The notes: a model not told the origin generated them from the letters alone. Numbered from the stretch's first letter, positions 53,462-64,000 are shown. The stretch: 64,000 nt of DNA from an uncultured delta proteobacterium (GCA_963776345.1 CAVZMH010000016.1:64001-128000); one strand, 5' to 3'. A program made the numbers and translations.

Positions 53462-54001
53462 TCAGCGCGGCGGCGTCTTCCGGAGCGCCTCGTCGATGAG
53501 CGGCTCGAGCGTCCCCTGCTCCGCCACCCCGGCGTAGACGGACAGCACCTTCCCGTCGCGGCCGATGATCAGCGTCGTGGGCAAGAGCCCGACCTTCCCG
53601 AACGCGGTCTGTCCGCTCCGGAGCGGGTCGTCGGCGACGAGCACCGGGAACCGCAGCCCGAGCTGGTCGGCGAACGGCCTCAGGACCTGCGGCCCCTCCA
53701 GGTCCATGCCGACGGCGATCACCACCAGCCCGCGGCCCTGCTCGTGATCGTAGATTTCCTGGAGGCGGGGCGCGGTGGCGATGCAGGGGAAGCACCAGGT
53801 GGCCAGGAACTGCACCACCACCACCTTGCCCCCGAGCTGGCTCCCGTCGAGCCACCCGCCGCCGAGCACCGGGAGTCGCTGCAGCTCCGCCAGGTACGGC
53901 GAGGCATCCACGTGGGGCGGAGGATTGGCGGACTGCCCCGCGCACCCGGCGAGCACCAGCCCGAAGGCGAGGACGGCGCCAGCCGCGCGGCACCGGCTCA
54001 G
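53462..54001 (-). CDS. TlpA-like thiol-disulfide oxidoreductase lipoprotein
   Basis: FLATWCFPC, LPTTLIIGRDG, LAGC lipobox; start uncertain. Confidence 0.8.
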   Translation of the reverse strand: MSRCRAAGAVLAFGLVLAGCAGQSANPPPHVDASPYLAELQRLPVLGGGWLDGSQLGGKVVVVQFLATWCFPCIATAPRLQEIYDHEQGRGLVVIAVGMDLEGPQVLRPFADQLGLRFPVLVADDPLRSGQTAFGKVGLLPTTLIIGRDGKVLSVYAGVAEQGTLEPLIDEALRKTPPR

Positions 54002-54480
54002 GCCCGTGGCGAATCTCCCCCGCTGATGGCCCGCTGGCAGGAGTCGCAGAACCCGTAGAGCTCCATCTTGTGCGAGTTGACCTGGAACCCGTGCTGGCGC
54101 GCGACCTTGTCCTGGAGCGCCTCGATGCGGTCGTTCTCGAACTCGACGATGGTCCCGCACCGGGTGCAGATGAGGTGGTCGTGGTGGTGGCGGCCCACCG
54201 CGGGCTCGTAGCGGGTCTGCCCGTCGCCGAAGTTCCGGGCATGGGCCAGGCCGCAGTCGTGCAGGAGCTTCATCGTCCGGTACACCGTGGCCACGGAGAC
54301 CCGCGCGTCGTGCTCGCGCACCTTGGCCCAGAGCTCCTCCACCGACAGGTGCCCACCGAGGGCGAAGAACGTGTCGATGATCAGGCTCCGCTGACGGGTG
54401 CTCTTGAGCCCGTGCTCGGCCATGTAGCGGCTGAGGACCTCCGATTTGTCGGGATGGTTCACGGGTAGCGCCGTCTCCAC
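53998..54480 (-). CDS. fur: Fur-family transcriptional regulator
   Basis: TRQR, ATVYRT, HHHDHLICTRCG, YGFCDSC. Confidence 0.85.
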   Translation of the reverse strand: METALPVNHPDKSEVLSRYMAEHGLKSTRQRSLIIDTFFALGGHLSVEELWAKVREHDARVSVATVYRTMKLLHDCGLAHARNFGDGQTRYEPAVGRHHHDHLICTRCGTIVEFENDRIEALQDKVARQHGFQVNSHKMELYGFCDSCQRAISGGDSPRA

Positions 54481-55049
54481 GCATCCACCGCCCCCGGGGC
54501 GTCCGGCGACCCGAGGTCCACCCCCGTCAGCCGGACGAGGGACGCGTGCGCCTGGGCGCGCACGGTGGGGTCCGGGTCGGACAGGGCCTGGACCAGAGCG
54601 GGAACATACCCCCGTCCCTCGGGGCGGTAGCGCGCCACCTCGGCGGCGAGCGCCCGCAGCCGCGGGTCCGGATCCGCCAGCGCCTGTCCCAGCGCGGTTG
54701 CGGCAGGGACGTACGGGGCTCGCGACGACGGGAGCAGCAGGAGCAGCACCACCACCGCCAGGCCCACCTGGAAAAACGCCTTGCTGGCCGGGTACTTGCG
54801 GGCGCTGGCCAGCCCGAACCGGTAGACCGCGAAGCAGCCCACGAAGACCGCGAAGACGAAGGGCGTGACCCGCTCGAGCGGAATGGGCAGCCGGCCCGGG
54901 AAGCTGCGGCCGAAGAAGGCCAGGCCGGCGGAGGCGAGCAGCAGGACGTACAGCGTCACCCCGAGCCCGGGGCCCAGGCGGAGCCCACCCACGGAAGGGG
55001 CAGGGACTTGCGAACCGGCCCCGCTGCTTAGATTGTGTTCCGGAGTCAT
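54459..55049 (-). CDS. Membrane protein with C-terminal HEAT repeats
   Basis: Three TM helices, LADPDPRLR and LSDPDPTVR. Confidence 0.65.
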   Translation of the reverse strand: MTPEHNLSSGAGSQVPAPSVGGLRLGPGLGVTLYVLLLASAGLAFFGRSFPGRLPIPLERVTPFVFAVFVGCFAVYRFGLASARKYPASKAFFQVGLAVVVLLLLLPSSRAPYVPAATALGQALADPDPRLRALAAEVARYRPEGRGYVPALVQALSDPDPTVRAQAHASLVRLTGVDLGSPDAPGAVDAWRRRYP

Positions 55050-55104
55050 CGAAACCGACCGTGGCGGCCGCCCCGGGATGCTACTGGTTCCATCCGACCC
55101 CTTC

Positions 55105-56307
55105 ATGGCGTCCTGGGAACGCAAACGCCAGCCTGACGACGTGCCCACCCCCGTGGCCGTTGCCGTCTCCGACTTCTGTCGGCGCGCCGGAGCACCGGCG
55201 TCTCCGCGCGCCGTGCGCGAGGCCCTGTCCGTGCTGGCGGAGTCGGACGACTTCCGGGTCCGCGCGGTGACGGACGCCGAGCCGCCCGTTCGCCCGCTCG
55301 GCCCCTTCGCGGTGGTGGACCTGGCGCGCGGCACCGCGGCGGACACCGCCGGGCTCCGGGAGCGTTCGGGGTACTACGCGCTGGTCGAGGAGCTCCTCGC
55401 GCTGAAGGACACCCGGGTGTCCGCGGCCGTCAACGGCGAGTCGGGTCTGGTCGGAGCGCCGGTTCCGCCCGCCGCCTCGGCACTGGCTGCACTGGATGCC
55501 CGCGCTGCCGAGCCCGCACCGCCGTCCGCCCCGGACCGGGCGGCGGACGCGCGTGCCTCGCCCGTGACGCGCACGGCTCACGGGGAGGCCGGCCCGCCCC
55601 CCTCCGTGGCCGAGCGCATCGCCCCGCGACGCCGGGCGGCCCAGGCCCCGGCCCCGCCCCGCGGACGCTTCACCCAGGTGGAGACCCAGCGCGCGCCGCT
55701 CGAGTCGCTGGAGGGGCCCGGGGGACGCGGCACGCTGGCGAATCTCCTGGCCCAGCACGGGCACCGCCCCGCGCTGCTCCGCGCGCTCGCCCAGGGCTAC
55801 GTCGGACGTCGCGGAACGGATCCGTCCGCATCCGAGCTCGACGCGATCCTCACCCAGCAGGGCCTGCTGGAGTCGGTGGAGGCCAGCGAGCGGGAGCTCG
55901 TCCTCTCGGCGCTCTCGGAGCAGCGGGGCGCGCTCGGCCGGGTGGCGTGGGCGCTCGACCTCCGCGGTCCGGAGCTCACGTCGCTCATCGCGACCCTCGG
56001 GCTCGGCCTCGAGGTGGACCGGGTCCGCGAGCGCTTCCGCCGCGAGGCGCTGGCGCCCGGGAGCTGGACGGTCCGGCTCGACCTGTTCGGGCGGCGCAAG
56101 TACCTCGAGGACCTCGGCGTGGAGCGCGACTTCGAGGACCGCCTCCGCGGCGACCTCACCCGCGAGCTCCACGCGCTCGGCGCCGACGGCCAAGACGCCC
56201 CGGCCGCGCTGGCGCGACGCCTCGCGGTCTCGCCCACCCTCGTCACCCGCGCGCTCGAACGGCTCGGACTCCTTCCCGGGGCCAACGCCTCGACCACCCT
56301 CCCCTAG
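55105..56307 (+). CDS. Hypothetical protein with HTH-like segments
   Basis: GC3-biased long ORF; ELVLSALSEQRGALGRVAWALDL resembles a Fis-type HTH. Confidence 0.55.
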   Translation: MASWERKRQPDDVPTPVAVAVSDFCRRAGAPASPRAVREALSVLAESDDFRVRAVTDAEPPVRPLGPFAVVDLARGTAADTAGLRERSGYYALVEELLALKDTRVSAAVNGESGLVGAPVPPAASALAALDARAAEPAPPSAPDRAADARASPVTRTAHGEAGPPPSVAERIAPRRRAAQAPAPPRGRFTQVETQRAPLESLEGPGGRGTLANLLAQHGHRPALLRALAQGYVGRRGTDPSASELDAILTQQGLLESVEASERELVLSALSEQRGALGRVAWALDLRGPELTSLIATLGLGLEVDRVRERFRREALAPGSWTVRLDLFGRRKYLEDLGVERDFEDRLRGDLTRELHALGADGQDAPAALARRLAVSPTLVTRALERLGLLPGANASTTLP

Positions 56308-56316
56308 ACACCCGCC

Positions 56317-56682
56317 ATGCCGATCTACGAATACGAATGCAGCCAGTGCCACCAGACCTCGGACGCTCTGCAGAAGGTGAACGACCCCGCTCCGGAGGCC
56401 TGCCCGCACTGCGGCGCCCAGCACACCCTCTCCCGCCTGGTCAGCCGGACCAGCTTCGTGCTGAAGGGCGGCGGGTGGCACGCGGACCTCTACTCGTCGA
56501 GCAAGGCCAAGCCGTCCGAGGGCGGCGAGTCGAAGCCCGCGGCCAAGTCCGAGAGCTCCACGGCCGCCCCGTCCTCGACCCCCGCGTCGACCAGCGGCGG
56601 AAGCTCGGGCTCGGGCTCCTCGGGCTCCTCGGGCAGCGGACCGGTGAACTCCGCCCCGAAGGTCGCCGCCGTCAAGGCGTGA
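56317..56682 (+). CDS. FmdB-family zinc-ribbon protein
   Basis: MPIYEYECSQC...CPHCG...FVLKGGGW, Ser-rich tail. Confidence 0.85.
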   Translation: MPIYEYECSQCHQTSDALQKVNDPAPEACPHCGAQHTLSRLVSRTSFVLKGGGWHADLYSSSKAKPSEGGESKPAAKSESSTAAPSSTPASTSGGSSGSGSSGSSGSGPVNSAPKVAAVKA

Positions 56683-57389
56683 GCCGGCGCCGCCCCGCCG
56701 CCGTTCTCGGCCTCCTGCTCGCCGCCGTGGTGACCGGCTGCACCGGGCGCACCACGATGGGGATGGCCAGCCGCGAGGCGGTGCTGCGGGAGGTTCGCTC
56801 CGGTCCGCCGCGCTGGCTCGCGATCTCCTGCGTCCGGGTGCACCTGGACGCGAGCCCGGGCGTCACCTTCCTCCTCGGCGGGCCGCTCGAGGAGCAGGAG
56901 CCCCGCTGGCCGGGTCGGAGCGAGGGAGTCCTCCCCGCGGGCACGCCGGTGGAGCTGCTCGACGTCTCCTTTCCGGGGGCGGAGGCGCGCGCGATTCGCC
57001 CCGAGGGGACGCCACGGGACCAGGTCTGGGTCCACCTCGGCCTGCCCGGCGGCTCCACCGCCATCCTCCCGCTCCCCGACCAGGCCCGCTCCGAGCAGGA
57101 GTTCTGGGGCGTGTTCGGGCAGTGGGTGACGCGGCTGGACCCGGCGCTCCAGACGGCAGGCTGGAACGACGCGGTCATCGAGGCCGTCCGCAGCCGGCAC
57201 ACCGTCACCGAGATGCCGGAGGCGGCGGTGGTCGCTGCCTGGGGCCCGCCGAGCCGGAAGGAGCAGCGGTTCGAGGCGGGGGCGCGCCGCGAGACCTGGA
57301 CCTGGCCCGGAGGGTCGCGCCGGGCGGAGCTGCTCGATGGACAGCTCGTCGAGTCGCGCGCGCCGGACGCTAGCGGAACCGTCCCCTGA
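56679..57389 (+). CDS. Hypothetical lipoprotein
   Basis: Lipobox VTGC; C-terminal AWGPP...ETWTW SmpA/OmlA-like motif. Confidence 0.6.
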   Translation: MSRRRPAAVLGLLLAAVVTGCTGRTTMGMASREAVLREVRSGPPRWLAISCVRVHLDASPGVTFLLGGPLEEQEPRWPGRSEGVLPAGTPVELLDVSFPGAEARAIRPEGTPRDQVWVHLGLPGGSTAILPLPDQARSEQEFWGVFGQWVTRLDPALQTAGWNDAVIEAVRSRHTVTEMPEAAVVAAWGPPSRKEQRFEAGARRETWTWPGGSRRAELLDGQLVESRAPDASGTVP

Positions 57390-58092
57390 AGCCGCCCTTC
57401 TTCTTCCGGCTCCGCTCCTGCTCGCGGGCCTCTCCGGGCCGGCCGAGCCGGGGCAGCTCGCCCACCATCACCGGCCAGTAGGCCTTCCCGCGGAGCGCCG
57501 CGAGGAGGTCTTCCTGGCTGGTGAGCCGGTCCCGGAAGAAGGTGGCGCCGCGGCCCACCTCGTCCAGCGTCAGCCTGGCGTCGCTCCCACCCACGCAGGG
57601 GAGCCCGAGCTTCTCCGCCGCCTCGACCGCGAGGTCGTTCGCCGGCTGGCTCACCCGGGCGTTGTAGCCCTCGATGGCCGACAGCCCGCCGATGCTCAGC
57701 ACCTGGTCCAGTGCCGGGGCGGGGACGTCCCGGTCGTAGGGCCGCGCGGCCACCACCAGCGCCCCGAGAGAGAGCACCTTGGGGATGCACTCCGCGGCGC
57801 TCCAGGGCTTCTCCCGGTTGCTGCCCCAGAGCTGCACCGGCTCGGGCGCCTCCTCGGGACGGGGGAAGAAGCAGAGAAACTGCCCCCGGTCGGTGACCAG
57901 CTCCAGCCCCACGAAGATGCAGAGCGGGGTCTTCGGCCGGAGGTCGAGCAGCTCGTCGCAGCCGTCCTGGGTGTTGGTCTCGGTGAACGCCACCCCCTCG
58001 AGGCCGAGCGAGGCGGCCCGCTCGAGCACGGCGCGGGGGTCGAGGTCGCATCCCTTGGTGAGGTGCGAGTGGACGTGGAGGTCGATCAGCAT
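57370..58092 (-). CDS. PHP-domain protein
   Basis: IDLHVHS, IEGYNA, GGSDAR; several metal-binding His appear substituted. Confidence 0.75.
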   Translation of the reverse strand: MLIDLHVHSHLTKGCDLDPRAVLERAASLGLEGVAFTETNTQDGCDELLDLRPKTPLCIFVGLELVTDRGQFLCFFPRPEEAPEPVQLWGSNREKPWSAAECIPKVLSLGALVVAARPYDRDVPAPALDQVLSIGGLSAIEGYNARVSQPANDLAVEAAEKLGLPCVGGSDARLTLDEVGRGATFFRDRLTSQEDLLAALRGKAYWPVMVGELPRLGRPGEAREQERSRKKKGGFRGRFR

Positions 58093-58206
58093 GGTCGCAG
58101 GAGGGCCGCGGCTAGCACGGACGGCATCGTGCGGTCGAGCCGTCCGGGGTCGCGTCGCCGGACCCGAGGGCGATCGGGCGCGGTGCTCCCCTGGCGCCGC
58201 CGTCCT

Positions 58207-58236
58207 TTGACACCCATTCTGCCTGCATGCCATACA
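58207..58236 (+). promoter_or_regulatory. Putative sigma70 promoter of the small gene at 58274
   Basis: TTGACA-N18-CATACA with TG extended -10. Confidence 0.45.
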
Positions 58237-58273
58237 GCCAGGCGGGCGGCGGTCCCGGAGAGGGGTTCGGCGC

Positions 58274-58477
58274 ATGTTCACGGGCGTGAAGGTGTTCTCC
58301 GCCACGAAGGCGCGGGAGCGCGAGGAGCTGGGCGAGAACGTCACCCGCTGGCTCAAGAGCAACGCCGACCTCGAGGTCGTGGATCGGGTCGTCTGCCAGT
58401 CGAGCGACAACGAGTTCCACTGCTTCTCGCTGGTGCTCTTCTACCGCGAGGCGAAGCCCCGGCCCCAGGAGCCCTGA
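58274..58477 (+). CDS. Small hypothetical protein (67 aa)
   Basis: GGAGAGG SD, strong GC3 bias, upstream promoter; VKVFSAT...QSSDNEFHC. Confidence 0.7.
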   Translation: MFTGVKVFSATKAREREELGENVTRWLKSNADLEVVDRVVCQSSDNEFHCFSLVLFYREAKPRPQEP

Positions 58478-58481
58478 GGGC

Positions 58482-61216
58482 TCACGGCACAGATCGAAGA
58501 AGTAGGACCACTTCACCTGGAACGTGTCCACCGTCGGGCCGGGTCCAAGCCGCAGCGGAGTGAGCCCGGAGGTGGGAGTCTGCTCCGGCTGGAGCCCGAG
58601 CGTGCTCTGGCTCCGGACGTAGACCAGGTAGAACACCGAGCCGAGCCGGTACTCCCAGCGGAAGACGACGTTGATGTTCAGCGCCGCCTCGTGGAAGTCC
58701 GGGTTGCTGACCCCCGGGGGTAGCCCGGACAGCGGGGTCAGTGAGTTCATCGAGATCTGCTCTCCGGTGCGGGCGTTCGCCCAGAAGTACGCCGGGTGAT
58801 GTCCGCCCGCAGAGAAGAGCTGGGCGTAGACCTGGAGCGTCAGCCGGGGCGTGAAGATGAACGACTGCCGGAGGGTCAGCGAGAGGTTCTCGACGTCCCG
58901 CTGGCCGAAGAGAAAGGTGTTGCGCTCGGGGGAGTCCACGCCGGCAGCGCTGCAGTAGCCCTGCCAGCACTGGATGTAGCGCGCCCCGAGCGGGATGGCG
59001 TCGTACTTGCCCGTGAGCTGCGTCTCCCACCAGGTCCAGGGGCGGATGAGCAGGGTGAGATCCCCTCCCCCGCCGAGCTGAGCCGGCACCGGGCCCTGGG
59101 CGAAGCCGTCGAGCAGATACACCTCGCCGCTCAGCACCACCTTGCGCTTCGGATCGGTGTTCCCGAAGAGGTACGCGCCGACCGAGCCCCGGCGCTCGAA
59201 GGGGACCCCGTACCCGCGCACCTCGCGCACGTCGTACCGGGGGAGCTCCCAGCTCAGGTCGAGGCCGATGCTCTGGAACCCCGCGAGGGTGACCAACCCC
59301 TCCACCCCGGTGCGCCGGGCACGCGTCGTCCAGGCGCCGTCCGCAGTCCACGCGCCCTGGAGCCAGGCGCTGAGCTGCAGTTCGTGCAGCGCCCCGATGT
59401 CCCGGCTCCGGTAGTACTTGAGGTCGAGCTCCGCACCCTGCTCGTTCTGGGTCGCCAGGAAGCCCACCGCGTTCAGGTCGAGCCGGGGCGAGGCGTACCG
59501 GTAGGCCACGTTCCAGCGGAAGCCCTCGCCGCCGTACTTCCCGGCGAAGAGGTAGCCGCCGGCGCCGAGGTCTCCGGGGTGCATCACCGTGCCGTCGTAC
59601 TGCACGTCGTTCGCGGGCCCCCCGATGCGCCGGCTCGCGTTGACCGCGGCGATGGCCAGCCACTCGCCGTCCGACGAGCGAAGGTTCATGTCCAGGCCGG
59701 CGGTCGTCCCGCCGTACGCCTGGCAGTCGTTCACCCCGGTCTGTGGATCGAACAGGATCGGGTCCGCCGAGTTCACCCGGATCGCCGTGGGGAGCGCGGC
59801 CTGGAGCTCCTTCTGGTGCTCGATCTGGGCCTGGGTGCACCGCGGACCGAGCGGGTTGGCCGAGGTGACAGTCGCCCCGACGGTCGAGGCGGAGAGCACC
59901 GATTGCCGGAGCACCGCGGCCAGGTAGTTCCGCGGGACGGGCGGCGCGGCCGGGAGCTCGCCGGCGAGGCCAAGATGGAACGGCCGCTGCACGGCGTAGA
60001 GCGCGTGGCGATCGGGGCTTTGCTCGACCTGGTGCACCCAAGCGTCGTCGGCGGCCGGCGACTCGAGGTAGGCGACGTCGGCCTTGCCGGGGTCCGCGAC
60101 GCCGGTGACCACCGCGTCCAGGATCCCGAGGTCGAGGCCCTTCCACCCGGTGCCGGTCAATTTGGCCGCGGCGAGGATGGGCGCGTCCAGGCCGATCCGC
60201 CGGCTGTAGAAGAGCCGCTGCGGGGCGCCGTACTCGTCGCCCACCGGCTGGAAGAGGTCCAGCCCCTCGGTGAAGAAGGGGCGCTTCTCCGGGAAGAAGA
60301 GCTCCTGGTTGCTGACATTGAGCACCACCTGGTCGGCCTCGACCTGTCCGAAGTCCGGATTGAGCGCGGCGACGAGCGTCAGGTCGGAGGCGAGCGCGGC
60401 CCGCAGGTCAAGCCCCACGTCCGCCGACGGGTAGCTCAGCCGGGGCTGGGGCGTCGCGGGGTCGGTGTACTGCGGCCGGAAGGTCAGCCGGGTGGTGGCG
60501 TAGGGCGTGAGCTGGAACGCGCGCCGCGGCACGACTCCCTCCAGCCCGGCGAGCGTCCCGAAGCGCGAGACGAGCCCGTTGGCGCTGCGCGGGATGAGCT
60601 GCGAGTCGAGGACCTGGTGGGTCCGGTACACGGTGCGCCGGACGAGGAAGCCCCACTCCTGCGTGGGCGCGCGGGGGAAGCGCAGGAGCTCCAGCGGAAT
60701 GGCGAGCTCGACGCTCCAGCCGTCCGGGAGCTCCGCCACCGCGGCGTCCCACACCCCGTCCCAGGTGTCGCTCAGGTTGACGTCGCCGTAGAGCAGCCCG
60801 TCGCGGAGCACCCCCGCGGCGTTGACCGCGAAGTAGGCCCCGCTGCGCCGGTCGTGGGTGGAGTCGATCGACACCTCCACCATGTCGCCGGTCAGGAGCG
60901 AGTCGCGACGCGCGAGCTGATGGACAATCTCGGAGGGATTTGGATCGTGGCACACCACCGACACGTAGAGCGTCCGGTCGTCGTACAGGACCCGCACCTC
61001 GGTGCGGAACTCCTCCGCGGCCGCGGCGCCCTCCCGCGGAAAGGACTCCAGGAACTCGGCGTAGACGGGCGCCCGCTTCCAGGCGAGCTCGTCCACCTTC
61101 CCGTCCAGATGCGGGGGGACGGGCGTGCGGGCGGCGCGGATGGGCCCCTGGGCGGCCCGCGCGGGGGTCAGCGAGGCGAGCGCGAGCCAGAGGAAGATCG
61201 CGGTTCGGAGTCGCAT
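58482..61216 (-). CDS. DUF5916 / CBM9-like outer-membrane protein
   Basis: PHLDGKVDE CBM9-like N-domain, LNPDFGQVEAD, FPEKRPFF, FYSRRIG, barrel-like C-terminus KWSYFFD; exact stop uncertain. Confidence 0.75.
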
Positions 61217-61313
61217 CGCTCGGCCTGGAGACTATCCGCTGCCGGCCGGAATCCAGCGAAGGAGATCGCGCGTGCGCCCCGCGCGATCTCGCGCCTAGGC
61301 TCTGCGCGCGCCC

Positions 61314-63521
61314 ATGCTCCGCCCCCTCCTCCCCTCCTCCCTCCTGCTGCTCGCGGCGTGCGCCGACAGCCCCGCGCCGCGGCCGTCCTCACCGGCCGCT
61401 CACGCCGCCCCGGTCGAGGCCAGCGCCCGCGCTCCCGCCTCGGCGACCTCGCCCGACGGTCCGATGGTCCCGACTCCCGGGGGCGGAGCCGCGCCCGCCC
61501 CACCGGTCTCGACGGCGCTGGTGGACGTGCTGGTTCGCCTCCACGGCGAGGGCGCCCGGGCACGGGCCGAGCGCGGTGTCCGCCAACTCCTGGCCTTCTG
61601 GCGGCCCGAGGACGGTGGCCGGCAGGCCGTCGAGCAGTTCGTCACCTCGGCGTTCATCGCCGACCCTTCGCTTCTCGACCGGACGCGGACCCGGCTGGCC
61701 GAGGCCTTCGAGGCGGCGGACGGCCATCTCCTGGAGATCGGCCGGACCTGGCGCGCCGGCGCGGAGCTGGAGCGGGGCCCCGAGCTGCCCATCGACGCGC
61801 TGCTCGCCGCAACGGACCTCGGCGCGCACCTCCAGGACGACAGCTTCTCCTCCCGCATTGCCTTCACCGTGCTCCTGAACTGGCCCCTGGACACGCTGGA
61901 GGAGATGACCTCCCAGGGCCCCGGCTGGTCCCGGACGCGCTGGGCCGAGGCACGGCTCGCGGGCCGGTTCTCCACCCGCCCGTCGGGAGCGGCGCTGGCG
62001 GCCCGGGCGGAGGCCTCCGCTGCCGCCGAGGCGTACATCGCCGGCTACAACCTCTGGGCGCATCACCTGGTCGGAGGCGACGGGCAGCGGCCGTTCCCGA
62101 AGGGGAAGCGCCTGCTGAGCCACTGGAACCTGCGCGATCAGATCAAGGCCGACTACGCCGAGGGTCCGGCCGGGCTCGTCCGCCAGCGGCTCATGACCGC
62201 GGCGATCGAGCGCATCGTGGCCCAGGAGATTCCCCGGGCGGTCATCGACGATCCGCGCCTGGACTGGGACCCGGTGCGCAACGTGGTCACCGCGTCGCCC
62301 GAGGGCGAGGTCGAGCCGCGGCCGGCCGCGCAGACCGGTCAGGGGGTGGCCCCGCTCGCGATCAGCTCCGAGAGGGAGCCGGACACCCGCTACGCCCTGC
62401 TCCTCCGGAACTTCCAGGCCGCTCGCCGGACCGACCGCGACTCACCGTTCGCCCCCACCGAGATGGACCGGCGCTTCCGGCTCGACCACGAGATTCCCGA
62501 GGCGCGGTTCCGCGCGCTGCTCGAGTCCATCGTCACCTCGCCGCTGGTGCCGCGCGTCGCCGAGCTGATCCGCCAGCGGCTGGGCCGGCCGCTCGAGCCG
62601 CACGACCTCTGGTACGGCGGCTTCCTCGCCCGGGCCCGCTACCCGGAGGCCAAGCTCGACGCGCTCACCCGGAAGCGCTACCCCACCGCCGAGGCGTACG
62701 CGAAGGACATGCCGCGCCTGCTGCAGGGACTCGGCTTCACCCCGGCGAAGGCGAAGTGGCTCGCCGGGCGCATCGTGGTGGACCCCGCCCGCGGCTCCGG
62801 CCACGCGCTCCAGGCCGCCCGCCGCGGCGACCTCCCCCACCTGCGCACCCGCGTCGGGCCCACGGGCATGGACTACAAGGGCTACAACATCGCGGTCCAC
62901 GAGATGGGCCACACGGTGGAGCAGGTCTTCTCGCTCTACGAGGTGGACAGCACGCTGCTCGCCGGCGTTCCCGGCAACGCCTTCACCGAGGCGCTGGCGT
63001 TCACCTTCCAGGCCCGCGACCTCGAGCTGCTCGGCCTCGGCAAGCCGAGCGCCCGCGACGAGCGGCTCCGCACGCTCGCCGACTTCTGGGCCACCTGGGA
63101 GATCGCCGGCGTGGCGCTGCTGGACATGGGCATCTGGCACTGGATGTACGAGCACCCCGACGCGACGCCCGCCCAGCTCCGGGAGGCCGCGTTGGGCATC
63201 GCCCGGGACCTGTGGAACCGGCACTACGCGCCGGTGCTGGGCGGAAAGGACTCGGCCCTGCTCGGCATCTACTCGCACCTCATCGCGCCGTCGTTCCTGT
63301 ACCTGCCGGCCTACCCGCTGGGGCACCTCATCGCCTTCCAGCTCGAGGAGAAGCTCCGGGGCCCGAGGGCGGGCGCGGAGTTCGAGCGGGTGGCCTCGTT
63401 CGGCCGGGTGACCCCGGACTTCTGGATGGTCCACGCCACCGGCGCCCCGGTCTCCGCCGAGCCCCTGCTCCGCGCGGCCCAGGCGGCGCTCCGGGCCGAG
63501 ACCGCCGGCGACGGACGCTGA
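61314..63521 (+). CDS. Lipoprotein with gluzincin-type zinc metallopeptidase motif
   Basis: Lipobox LAAC; HEMGH followed by a downstream FTEALA. Confidence 0.65.
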   Translation: MLRPLLPSSLLLLAACADSPAPRPSSPAAHAAPVEASARAPASATSPDGPMVPTPGGGAAPAPPVSTALVDVLVRLHGEGARARAERGVRQLLAFWRPEDGGRQAVEQFVTSAFIADPSLLDRTRTRLAEAFEAADGHLLEIGRTWRAGAELERGPELPIDALLAATDLGAHLQDDSFSSRIAFTVLLNWPLDTLEEMTSQGPGWSRTRWAEARLAGRFSTRPSGAALAARAEASAAAEAYIAGYNLWAHHLVGGDGQRPFPKGKRLLSHWNLRDQIKADYAEGPAGLVRQRLMTAAIERIVAQEIPRAVIDDPRLDWDPVRNVVTASPEGEVEPRPAAQTGQGVAPLAISSEREPDTRYALLLRNFQAARRTDRDSPFAPTEMDRRFRLDHEIPEARFRALLESIVTSPLVPRVAELIRQRLGRPLEPHDLWYGGFLARARYPEAKLDALTRKRYPTAEAYAKDMPRLLQGLGFTPAKAKWLAGRIVVDPARGSGHALQAARRGDLPHLRTRVGPTGMDYKGYNIAVHEMGHTVEQVFSLYEVDSTLLAGVPGNAFTEALAFTFQARDLELLGLGKPSARDERLRTLADFWATWEIAGVALLDMGIWHWMYEHPDATPAQLREAALGIARDLWNRHYAPVLGGKDSALLGIYSHLIAPSFLYLPAYPLGHLIAFQLEEKLRGPRAGAEFERVASFGRVTPDFWMVHATGAPVSAEPLLRAAQAALRAETAGDGR

Positions 63522-63545
63522 GCGACCGTGCCGTCCTCTGGCCGC

Positions 63546-64000
63546 ATGACCTCCGACGATCCCCTGTGGTTCAAGTCGGCCATCATCTACGAGGTACACG
63601 TCCGCGCCTTCTTCGACTCCACCGGGGACGGCAAGGGCGACCTCCAGGGGCTCATCGCCAAGCTCCCCTACCTCCAGGACCTGGGCATCAACTGCCTCTG
63701 GCTGCTGCCGATGTACCCGAGCCCGCTCCGGGACGACGGCTACGACATCGCCGACTTCTACGCCATCCACCCGGACTACGGGACGCTGGAGGACTTCCAG
63801 CATCTGGTGGACGCGGCGCACGCCCGCGGCATCCGCGTCCTCACCGAGCTGGTGATGAACCACACCAGCGACCAGCACCCCTGGTTCCAGGAGGCGCGGT
63901 CGAGCCCCGACAGCCCGAGGCGCCACTGGTACGTGTGGAGCGACACCGACCAGAAGTACCAGGGCGCCCGGGTCATCTTCACCGACACCGAGCGCTCCAA
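63546..64000 (+). CDS. treS: Trehalose synthase / maltose alpha-D-glucosyltransferase (5' part; runs off the window)
   Basis: [41 protein letters not shown]. Confidence 0.9.
   Translation, partial: MTSDDPLWFKSAIIYEVHVRAFFDSTGDGKGDLQGLIAKLPYLQDLGINCLWLLPMYPSPLRDDGYDIADFYAIHPDYGTLEDFQHLVDAAHARGIRVLTELVMNHTSDQHPWFQEARSSPDSPRRHWYVWSDTDQKYQGARVIFTDTERS

Overview
High-GC myxobacterial (Myxococcota-like) chromosomal window. The left end carries a two-subunit B12-dependent acyl-CoA mutase with isobutyryl-CoA mutase signature residues. It is divergent from a putative four-gene ceramide/sphingolipid operon: serine palmitoyltransferase with a long C-terminal extension, a bCerS-like GNAT, an SDR reductase and a second bCerS-like GNAT. 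From about 9.5 to 29.7 kb lies an accessory mosaic around tRNA-Ala(GGC) and tRNA-Leu(CAA). It includes (i) a 2-kb sulfur-detox operon fragment truncated at both ends and bounded by 34-bp direct repeats, (ii) a barrel/ECF sigma/anti-sigma/Cys-solenoid lipoprotein module, and (iii) a compositionally distinct iorA-iorB-acyl-CoA ligase-tryptophanase operon with a sigma54-type promoter. The right half is mostly core genes: miaA, hisS, psd, mlaDFE, alr, RluA, an M16 peptidase pair, a 5'-nucleotidase, ftsB with a dmxA-like diguanylate cyclase, fur and treS. Many genes, including housekeeping ones, carry single-base frameshifts, most likely long-read assembly errors. No CRISPR array, integrase or transposase was seen. 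All calls come from reading the sequence; no database searches were run.
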